Assembly: GCA_903813345.2 (NCBI GenBank)
Contig: CAIIXF020000001.1
Location: forward strand, 7,440,001 to 7,504,000
DNA length: 64,000 nucleotides
Direction of reading: 5' to 3'
DNA from: Owenia fusiformis
Taxonomy: Eukaryota
The position numbers and the translations under genes are program-made. The notes beneath the pieces were generated by a model. The model worked only from the letters and a program-made list of their open reading frames with translations, made no database searches and was not told the origin of the DNA. Numbering within the stretch: the first letter of the stretch is position 1; every line of letters starts with the position of its first letter. This document shows, one piece after another, positions 51,119 through 61,723 of this stretch.

Positions 51119-53541
51119 CTGGAGTATATTTATTGAGCCTAGACACAGAGGAGGTAATCTGGCAGAGGTCCGTGCTATAGCCTACTTATGAATGAAATAT
51201 GGGAAGTTGCATCCCACCCTTCTGTTGAAACCCCATGCCAACAGTCAGATCATAATCATACATGTCACACTGATAAGCACTGGCATAGGCCAATATGCCA
51301 GTGCTTTGTCCCAGATTTTCACCTGATACCAAGGGTTTGTCCGGAAATGCCCCGTGGCCGAGAATGCCCCTATCTCCTCTATTTTTAGATCAATGTCTGT
51401 AAGTTTCTTGTTGATCATTGATCATTTGAAGAATGATCTTTGATGTCTGAATTTCCAGTTTCTGAAACTCTCAGAAACTTCCTTTCCATAGGCCCAGGTT
51501 AAGTACTGTACTAGTAGCCTATCTTCCTTTCAGTAAAAGGAAAATGAAAACATCATTTGATTCTTTCACTCAGCATTGAAAATGAAAAAACAATTTTTTG
51601 AACTTACTTTTTTCACTGTTCCACGATTCAAACGTTGTTACGATCGCTTAAAATGGTGGTTCTCGTCTTTATCATGTGCTCTTGAAATATTTGAACGTGA
51701 CTTACAAAAAAATAGATCGAACTGGTATCAGTAATTTGCGAAATAGAACTGGCTACGTGAGGAACCTGCTCAGAGAATGAACCCATTGACCTTCCGGATT
51801 GTGCAACTCATTCTCCTTTTACAGATGTTTTAGTACTCCCCTCCCAGATAGTTTTCAAGGCTCTGCAAGGAGAGTTTGTGCTTAATATATGGCGACGTGA
51901 ACTGTATCACGAAATAATTAATGTACCTCTGACTGGACTTTTACTAATATATTCATCCTTGAATGATAATAACACAACCCCATCATTTAATGAGAAGGTA
52001 ACTAGAGAGGATATGGGTAAAAACTTGAAACCATTACCTACAAATGTACACCTGTGTTGGCTTAGAAAAACAAAGTAGATTTCAATCAGAAATATGTTTC
52101 ATAAGAAAAGAATTGGTCCTCAAGAGGATGTGAAACCAGATTGAACTACCATCCCCCAAGATTTAATGAAATAAATTAACAGAATTTGCAGTTTATGTTA
52201 TTACTACAATTTATTAAGATGCATATGAACTAGTTTAACTATAACATAACATATAATCATGTTTTACTTCGGTCCAAAGCCTTCTCTATATTCCGGCTTT
52301 GAGGAGGAAGATTGAGCTACCTTAGTATTATAAATATTGTAAATCATTGTGTCACACGCACAGTAAATATGGCATAATTATATGAAATATACCTTTATGT
52401 ATAGATTTGAAGAACATCAGCTCACATCCCCGTCTGAATCTATTGTTATATTTGATTTCTTTAAGCGAGAATAATTTCAAATGTTATTCACGTCCAGAAC
52501 CGGAAGCCATTTTTAGCTACAGCGAGAAAATTTCACCATGTGTCAAACTCCGAAATGAAATTTTGAAATATCTAAATCCAGACAAGCAACGCTTCATCCT
52601 AAATATGATTAATATTCTTAAAAATATTTATAAAATTTATTAAAAATGAGTTCTAGGTGCGTGTAGGTGCGTGTAGCACAGTACATACGAAATCAATGAA
52701 GTTTCGTCTAGCTGTAAGCTAGAGACTCGAGTAAATCATGTTGTACATCAGAACTAAACATAAAATATGATTGGCTATATAATTCATTTATGGCTACCAC
52801 TATATGGTATCCACTGTAAGCCGCGTGTTAGTCAGGTAGGTAGAAACTATAAACTGATACTTTATGATGATGTAAATTGTTTTGTTTTTAAGCATCACGT
52901 TTATCCATAACAAACTAGCCTAACAGCAATAAAACATATACAGCAAAACCTGCGTATAGCAAATACCATTGTACATGGAATAAATACATTTTTTCACTTT
53001 TTGTGAGTGTTCAGTAATGGAGAGACAATAGCAATTGACTTATCTCATTCCAAAACTATCTCTACATTCTTCAGAAAAGAAGAGAATTGTGTTGGAACAA
53101 GATAACTAATTGACATAAAAATCAATGAGGGTGGACCATTAGACTTGACTGTCAGTGCTAAGTGAGAGAGATGCCATGAACATCAGAATGGGCCTATAAT
53201 GCGTAATATGAAGAAGAGCTATATGCATAGGCAAAGGCCGATAGGAATAATTTTTAAATCTAATTTGAAATATATGATGCCTCCCGATGCTTTTAAGTAC
53301 CCCAATTTTTTACAGATTTTTAAACGGACCAAAACTCTCTAAATGCGCATTTATGCTCTTTTCTCTCGAGAACGACTGTCTCATTTTCACGATAACTTTT
53401 ATTTAGTACTTCTAACATATAAGATCTATTTTTCCCCATCAAGGTATGATGTAAATTACATACTATTTACATCTTGTGAGTATCAATGACGCGCTTTTGA
53501 TTTTATAAAAAATGCCAAACTTTGTGACAAAGAATTTCATC

Positions 53542-53616
53542 CTGCTTGCAGCGAGAAGACGGACTGGTTCGGGGCAATCTGCTTGCAGCGAGAAGACGGA
53601 CCGGTTCGGGGCAATA
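53542..53616. repeat. 37-bp tandem duplication
   Basis: ctgcttgcagcgagaagacgga(ct/cc)ggttcggggcaat occurs twice. Confidence 0.9.
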
Positions 53617-53785
53617 GCTGATGAAATTCTTAGTTCTTCGAGACAGAAATGTCTTTAATTTTTCATGATGAAAACATTGAACTCTTTGCCATAGTTACTG
53701 TGTTTATTATTTGTAGGATACAACAATTATCATTCGTATAATTACTACAGTAATGGTAATATTAATATCTTATGATGTCATATTG

Positions 53786-54214
53786 AACAAATATTTCACT
53801 CTATTGAGGTGAATACCTGTACATCTTTCACAAGTGATATTCCACGAAGCCCGAAGGGCAAGTGGAATATCACCTTGTGAAAGTGCTACAGGTATTCACC
53901 GAAAATAGAGTGAAATATTTGTTTTATTATATCACTGTCTAGCTAAACATCCCTAATATTATTAAGTCATTAAGTCTTCAGATATTTTTACGAATCTACT
54001 CGGTTCGTCTGCCATTTTGACTTAAACTAAACTAAATTATTTACATTGAACGAAAATAAATTCTTTGAAAATTCCCGGGAGCGTGGGATATCGCTAGATA
54101 TCTCACGGTTGTCTTATCTGATTAGCATTGCCATTGAATATCGCCAGATATCCCACGACATGTGACCCGGTTTTGACCAATCATACTGTCGCTAGCTAGA
54201 TAGTGATATAATAA
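53786..54214. mobile_element. Palindromic non-autonomous element with two inverted-repeat pairs (possibly Crypton-type)
   Basis: A hairpin at about 53786-53925 has arms of about 60 bp around GCCCGAAGGGC; a second pair is attatatcactgtctagcta (about 53926) with tagctagatagtgatatataat (about 54193-54214). Confidence 0.6.
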
Positions 54215-55301
54215 TTACTGATATTACTGGTATATATTCCCTGGAGATTTTAAAAAGAAACGTGTTGGAATGAATTCTCTAGCTTTATTTCGGATTATTT
54301 TATCATATATATACATGTATAATATTATAGTTTTTGTGAAGATGTACATTTAGTTAAATGTTACATACACATAATTTTACATTACTCATCATATTTCATA
54401 TAAAAGATGAAAACTCAATCAGGAGTCCAGCCTGTGTGTAAGTGAATATTGCATTATAAACTATAAAAATCCATCTCCATGCATTATGAATGCAAATATT
54501 ATAAAAATGTGTAGAGTTATAACCTTTCTGATTATACAGTTGTAATGTTGATCAAAATATAAAGAAAAATACAACAAAATAACATTATTTTTAATTCATC
54601 TTTGGTGACATTTTTGGCTGAATTAAGGTGACACATTGACACAGACACATATAACTGACACACATAAGTGTCCAGCACTTACTAATTATCTATAGGTACA
54701 GGTATATTAGATTAAATGGACACATCTATTAGTTCTACACATAAAAATAATTAGTTACAACATCTAGAAATTATACAATACATTATAATATTATGTTTCC
54801 TTACATTATTTTTCATAAAATCGTATACATCCCAAAAAACTTTAGTTTTTTCAATTATGCCACACGAGCTTACTAAGAACCCAGTATTTCTATAAAAGAA
54901 ATTAGTTGAATTTTTCATAGGATAACTGTTACAAATAAGTTGCTGAATTTGCATTCCAATGACATTTTATCAAAGCAACCAGGCAATACAGAGTGGCAAG
55001 ATACATTTAAGTTTATGTATACTACTGTCCCTATAAGGACATGCTAGGACGGCACATAATGACCAAACAGTCATGTATACATGTATATGGTCTTGATATC
55101 AGTCTTCACTAGTTAATATAGGTACATATATAGCTGTATCTTATATGGTTTTGATATCAGTCTACAATCTACATGTATGCAAGTATATATCAATGTAGTT
55201 AAGGGTGTTTCATATATTTCACCCCCACATATATGCAGATGTCTTTAGTATATAGCTGTATCGTGATTCCTTTTATAAGAATGTTCCAGAATTTGTAAAA
55301 C

Positions 55302-57490
55302 TTATTCTGTTTTAAGTTCAGGTAGTGGTCCAGCACTACCGGGACGGGGTCGCTGTTGACCACTAGATGGACGGTTGCCAGAGTGTGGGCGCCTTGCACT
55401 CGGTGGACGGCGAGCACTTGGGGGACGGTTTAAATCATTTTGTACACTGGCAATACTTGCTGCACTTCTAGGGCGCACAACACTTCCTTCTCGGCTCATT
55501 GGTCTTCCAGCATTTAGATCATCATCAAGGTTGAAGCCACTCTTGGTCCAAGCTGTTTCACGACCTTTCACCTGTAACATTGAACATTAATGCATTGTAT
55601 TGATTAGTTAGTTTCCTAGCAGATAATACTAGTATAAAAACAGTTAAACCTGTGTATCTGTGTATGTGGATCACCTTTGGTACCTCGAAATAGTGATCAA
55701 CTTGGGATGTGTTCCACTTATAGAGGTTCATTTCACATTAAGAATATACAAATTTTCAAGATTTTCAATAATTGCAATTTGTGGAAAGGATAAGGTTTTT
55801 AGATTTACAGAAAATTATGAATACCATACCTAGATCTACATAATTTATCACCAAGCAATCTTGTAGTGACCTTTTCTACATACTCAATTCACAGACCTCA
55901 TTAAGTTCAATGACCTGATGAAGTTTACTGATGCAATTGAGATCAAATTAATAAATCCACTAACCTTATTAAGGCTGTATTGAGATCCCATCAGATTCTC
56001 CACATCTTTAGCTCCAGCTTCTATGGCATTCTTCATGTCCTTATCAACACCAGACACAGACATATCTCCAAACACCTTCAAAATACATACGTGTACATGT
56101 ACTTTACAAAATTAACAGTAATGTAGTCATGTAACTAATTTAAAATGTGCATGTGCTAAAAAATTAATAATTCATTAAAAAAAATCAACATATCTTCAAC
56201 GCTCGTACAATATGAAGCTATTGTTTTAAAAAAACACAAATAATTGAACTTCATCTTAAGCCCTTTGATTTGAAAATGCTTTCTGAAAGCAAATACCTCC
56301 ACAATGGCTCCATCAGGCATCTTGAGGAAGTGTCTATGCAGCTCCCTCAGTCCATCAAGGTGACATGTGTGTACAGAGACATGGGTTGTCACCTCTCTCT
56401 TACATTCATTCTTCTCTACAACTTCCCCATTCTCATCCCAAATTGTCTCCTCCAGCTAGAAACATTATAGTAACACATTACAGTTTAATTGGAGTATTCT
56501 TATATTTGAGTAACTTTTTGGATATTTTGGAAGATATGAAACACTCGTTAATTTTTCTGTTCATTCCACACATGGCAAATTATGCTTATTACTATATGAT
56601 CATTTTAGCATAACATGATTTTTGGGCGCTGATTTGATCATAAGTTTCAGAACAGTATCCAGTACTTTTCACTTTTGACTGCGACATTACTTTTCACCTT
56701 TGATTCAATGATATCATTTGTTTTACAATTTCAATAATTTTAACATAAATTCTAATACTAGTAATTGAATTGCAAATCATTGTCCAAATGCAAGTTCAAG
56801 ATGATGCAACTTAAAATTAAATTGATGAAATTTCAGAACTACATAATTTTCACTAATATTAAATACATCATACTCACATTTTCTTCCTCCCATACATAGT
56901 CATAGACCGCCACTTTACGCCTCTCGCCTTCCTCTCCTCGCCATTGCTCAGACTTCTTTGTGATGTAACTCAGCTCCTGATTGGACAGTTCAAGGTCATA
57001 CGGAACAAAGAAATTATCCTCTTTACCATGCAGTCTCCAGTAAACATCCAGCATGCGACCATTGTTGTGAAGTCTGGAAATATTTATTTATTCTTATTCT
57101 TAATAGCAAGGATGGAAGTAATTTGAATGAGTTTTAAATGGACAACAGCATTTTTCAGAGATCAAAAAAGTATCTCTTTCACAAATAATTTCTAGTTTTT
57201 CTTTTATCCTCAAAAAACAAAATGAAAGATGATAATGCATAATAATTTGAGAGGTTCAATATCAACCCATTTCATGTGAAATAACCTCAATATGTCTTTA
57301 TAAAAATCACATAGCTACTTTACCTGAGGAAGTACATGTACAGTATGCTCCCAGCGCAGAAACAGGTGAATATATAGAGAAACACCGTGATGAGGATTCC
57401 CGCCAATCCAGAGCCCTCCGAGCGAACAAAGTGCCAGTAAAGCTTAGCAAAGTCTCCAATAGGAATGTCTCCACCCAAATTACGCCAACG
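55302..57490 (-). CDS. OFCC1: 3' part of an OFCC1 / Ojoplano (Opo)-like membrane protein; coding exons 57490-57324, 57073-56878, 56455-56297, 56075-55965 and 55571-55302; 5' exons outside the window
   Basis: Five GT-AG exons join in frame: ...KLYWHF.RSEGSGLAGILITVFLY...LYMYFLRLHNNGRMLDVYWRLHG....FFVPYDLELSNQELSYI.KKSEQWRGEEGERRKVAVYDYVW...HVSVHT.HLDGLRELHRHFL.MPDGAIVEVFGD, recalled as the conserved OFCC1 C-terminal region. The first visible exon begins at an acceptor with no ATG. Confidence 0.8.
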
Positions 57491-57989
57491 CTGTTAATCA
57501 AATGAAAAATATTATAAGTAATATGCATGAACAACATAATCAACATGCATCAAGTGGACTTTAATAGTCACTGTACATATATATAGTTAAATATAAAGAT
57601 GGCAGTTCTTCATCATGAAATCGACAAATCCCAAGTTGCCAGATTTATTGACTTCAAAAATTTATATATTGAGGGGTTTCATGTGATTAGAACTTTTCAA
57701 AACCTTTCAAAAGTTGAAACATTAAAATTGATTTAAGATGTCCATTATTGGCTGTATACTTCTCATATATTCTTTCAATCTGATATTATATATTTAATAG
57801 GATTTATTTGCACTGATGCCCTTTTAAGGCCGATCGTTCATCCAACAACTGCAATTTTCAATTACAGTAAAAGAAGTAATAAAGTAAATAAAATAAAACT
57901 TATTTGCAGCAACAATTAAGCTGAAACTCAAAACCACTAATATTTGAAATAGACTCTAAGATGTAACAACATATAATTATAACCCATCC

Positions 57990-58040
57990 TGGATGGATGG
58001 ATGGATGGATGGATGGATGGATGGATGGATGGATGGATGG
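57990..58040. repeat. (TGGA)n microsatellite, about 12 units
   Basis: Perfect tetranucleotide run. Confidence 0.97.
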
Positions 58041-58583
58041 AAAATTCAATGACAAAGATATGGCATCATCATGTTTCAACATTGGTGGTGGTCATTTTGA
58101 AAATGAAATCAAGTTTCAAAACTAAATCAAGATCCAAAAGAATGTCAAATTGCAAAAGAAGGTCAAGTTACAAAATATATATCATGAATAAGTATAACCC
58201 ATGTCACATATCAGAAATTTATTATTTCAAATAGTTTAAAAATAGAAGAAAGCTCAATTTCTCTCCTCTCCTAAACCAAATTATTTGATTACAAGCCTTT
58301 AAAGAAAATTTGAACTTGTGAATGTTAAAGGAAGTACAGAAATCATAATAATTACATCCTCCACTATGAGTCATCTACTTACATCAAACATTACTGAACT
58401 ATATAGTTGTTGAGTTTAAGTGGTATAAAAAGTGATATATACCATGTTGTCCTAGGACCTAATCAATTTTATGTAAACGTTCAACATATTAGGAAGCAGC
58501 TTGCCCTAAACTAGACATTTACTGTTATTCAGAGAAAAATATACTAGTATTAAAAGAAACATCATCTATCTGCAGTAACGAAA

Positions 58584-60332
58584 ATGGCTCATTCACAATA
58601 TACCATTGTGAGCTGTTTATTAATGGCAGTATTTCTTGCAATGTTTGGAACTATCGGGCTCTCTCGCTGGATTACCATTCATCAATCACATGGAGTTTCT
58701 GAAACTATCATGCTTGGCTTGTTACTATCCCTTCAAGTAACAACAGTCATACTTCTCTTTGTGTTTACAAGAGTGAACAGGAATCAATGGAGGTATGTTC
58801 CCTGGAGGCTCTCTGATACACATGGAATAACAATCATTGGCCTAACTATATTCCTCATCGGGACATTCATCTACGATATCTTTAGAATCATCGCCACAAC
58901 CGAGTGCCTTGATGTTTATCGCCATTTCCATGAAGAATATGTTGAGAAAATATTAGACGTCATACTCCAGATCTTCAAACCATTGTTTTATATGTCTTCA
59001 CAGTTGTTGTTTCTGATGTGGTGTAACTATGGTAACATTCAGAACAATCCAAACATTAAAAACACCTCTGTGTTTATATTTGCATCAGGGACAAATGTGT
59101 TTGTCTGGATCTATTCATTTTTGTTTGAATCAAAAGGAATATTTTATCAGAAAGAGATTGAACACAACATAACAATGCTTGCCCCTGCTATCCAAAAACA
59201 TGCAAATGAATGTCTGCATGGGGAAAGTAGAATGCAGAGAACAGAGGAAAGTGTGGAGATTTATCTTTACCCTGTTCAGCTAGAGTTTTGTATCTTAGCA
59301 ACCAGTTTGTTACTCCATACTTGGTCCCATATAAAACACAGTCGTATGAGCATGCACATTGCCATGATTGACTTTCCAACAGATAATGGTGATGGTGGTT
59401 CAAATGATGATGTGAATAGACAGCATGATCTGGTTCAAAGGAATTTTGCTCAAGAAAATGAAGCAAGTGGAAACACTAATGTAATTGGTGGGACTGATAC
59501 TAACGCCCAACCAGGACATACTGTGAAATGCTACGGACTGTTATGGTTCGCTGGGATATTCTTAATGACTTTGATGTTTATATTTGAGTGTCTTTTATAC
59601 GTTGAAACATTCTACAGCAAAGCAATCCTTGTTGTTACCGCCATTAAAACACTTTATGATCCATCTCTTGCGATAGTATGTGCGTATGTAATACACAAGC
59701 TAAGGAAATCTGGGAAAATAGAGCAGTATGGTAATGTTGATACAGAATGTGTCATCATGATAATTGCATCCCTCGGCCTTATCATTGATGCTACTTTCAC
59801 CTACATTTCGGCCTTTCCAACATTAATCTACCAAGATGTTAATCCAAACTGGGCAAATATATGTAAAGAATTTACAATTATTAACCACGATTTAGATAAG
59901 GATGAAAGCATCCGTCGATTCCTGATCATTAATGGTTTATTGTTGGTAAGGCAGACATTCAAACTCATATCAGTGTTGCTTCAAGTATATTTGATCATAA
60001 TATTGAACTGCTTCTATACAGGCCCCATTGATAGCTGGTTATCTGAATGTCTTGGATTCATGATGATGCTAAACTTGGGCCACTGGTTATCTGACAGTAT
60101 TGTAGAGGTGAAGTTTATGAATGCCTCACCCGTACGTGTACAGTTCTTCGGATGTGACAACTGGCTTGTCATAGTTCACTTGTATTTCATTCTAGTGATT
60201 TACTTCAGGTTCCACAGTGTGGTACTGCTATCGGAACATATTAGGCATAACAAGCATGTAAAGCGGCATGGACAACATAATGGCTATCAACCCTTGGATG
60301 GTGATAATATCCAAAACGTGAACAACCAATAA
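58584..60332 (+). CDS. Otopetrin-like proton channel, copy A (582 aa, intronless CDS)
   Basis: Many hydrophobic segments in two halves separated by a polar loop. Otopetrin-type motifs: TN...W, YLYPVQLEF (cf. YLYPF.IEY), NLGHW, FFG...W and IYFRFHS (cf. IFYR[MF]H). Confidence 0.82.
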   Translation: MAHSQYTIVSCLLMAVFLAMFGTIGLSRWITIHQSHGVSETIMLGLLLSLQVTTVILLFVFTRVNRNQWRYVPWRLSDTHGITIIGLTIFLIGTFIYDIFRIIATTECLDVYRHFHEEYVEKILDVILQIFKPLFYMSSQLLFLMWCNYGNIQNNPNIKNTSVFIFASGTNVFVWIYSFLFESKGIFYQKEIEHNITMLAPAIQKHANECLHGESRMQRTEESVEIYLYPVQLEFCILATSLLLHTWSHIKHSRMSMHIAMIDFPTDNGDGGSNDDVNRQHDLVQRNFAQENEASGNTNVIGGTDTNAQPGHTVKCYGLLWFAGIFLMTLMFIFECLLYVETFYSKAILVVTAIKTLYDPSLAIVCAYVIHKLRKSGKIEQYGNVDTECVIMIIASLGLIIDATFTYISAFPTLIYQDVNPNWANICKEFTIINHDLDKDESIRRFLIINGLLLVRQTFKLISVLLQVYLIIILNCFYTGPIDSWLSECLGFMMMLNLGHWLSDSIVEVKFMNASPVRVQFFGCDNWLVIVHLYFILVIYFRFHSVVLLSEHIRHNKHVKRHGQHNGYQPLDGDNIQNVNNQ

Positions 60333-60649
60333 ACAACAATGATTAGCAAGATATGAAGGAGGATAATGAATGAACTTACACACAATAGTAGCTTTTTTGA
60401 TTCTGTAAATATTCATTTCTAAATTCTATCATTTTGTACATTATATTCTGAATATAATTGGATATGAACATGCATTATCATTAAACTTTATAAACCACCG
60501 TTATCTGTTTTCCTGTTGTTTTGTATAAAGTGATCAACTTGATCTCATGTTAATTTTCAACTAATTGTTCAAAAAACTGCTTCAACATCCATTAAATGCT
60601 TCTATATTTAAAGGCTCATAGCAAGCTTATTATACAATGTACAACATGA

Positions 60650-60773
60650 CAGGCCCGTAGCCAGGATTTTCCAAGGGGGGGGTCACTTTTTGGAAAATTC
60701 CAGGGGGGTTCACTTTTGATATTTTTGGTCAAAAATGGCCAAAATCACAAAAAAGTGCTCAGAATGTTGAAAA
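60650..60773. mobile_element. Truncated third copy of the CAGGCCCGTAGCCAGG MITE, reverse orientation
   Basis: caggcccgtagccaggattttccaagggg...aattccaggggggttcacttttga is the reverse complement of the right half of 30664-30872. Confidence 0.8.
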
Positions 60774-61723
60774 CATGTGCAGTGTCGAACAATAATGAAC
60801 GATAAGTATGCAGTTTGACTACAAGAGTGTTCATAATGAAAGTCTCATCAAAATTTAATTCAAAATTGTTAACCCCAGTCAACACCCGAGCTAACAATAT
60901 TAACTTCAAAATTAGAGCTTTACCAAGTATTGAGAGATCTACTTCATACAAACCACTCTTTTACATATTCATATGAAACGCCTACAGTATGTAAATATCT
61001 TGTCTCGTGATGTTTAATATCCAGGCATCCAGGGGTCATGATAGAACAGTTAAATATAACTTCCCTGTACCGATAGATAAGGTCACATCAACCTTGAAAG
61101 ATATCATATAATTATTATTTTACACTTTTGTTTCCCAAATTCGAATACATTTTTTATTCCCGTCATCTCCTTCAGGGAAATGACATAAATGCAACAAGTT
61201 ATACAACTTTAGAAATCATTTCTGTATTAAACAGATCTGCAAAAGGGTTCAAATGTATGATAATTTATTAATCATTATGTCCTATTATCCTTTATTAATT
61301 ATTTAAGGCTATCTTTTGATATGACATGCCTGAACAAAACTGAGTGTGGAATAATTAATAATTTTGGCTGAACTAAACAATCAGAATTGAATTGTGATGC
61401 AAATGATAAAACTTTCTTTGTATAAGCATTCACTTTCATTTTGAGTTTCTAAGAACCAGGAAGTAGAAATGAAGATATACAGAAAGCTATAAATTAAGCT
61501 GAGGTTTCCTAAACCAAGATCCTGAGTTAAACTGATGAGTCAAATGAGTCAATTTAATATTTTGCAGTGAAATTTACTTTGTAAGTTCTGAGCGTTGAGT
61601 ATTATATGGAGCTGATGTAGAGCAGTGTTGTCATTTAATTTGAAGTACCTAAGTACTAAGAACATTGGATTAAAAAACATCAGGAGATTGAAACATACTG
61701 TATTGTCAAACTTTAATGCAAAT

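Noticed and set aside
57900-58234. ORFs with HPSI or WMDG repeats
   Set aside because: These are translations of the (TGGA)n microsatellite.
61625-61723. N-terminal extension of Otopetrin-like copy B
   Set aside because: It starts at GTG and has no counterpart in copy A; homology starts at ATG 61724.
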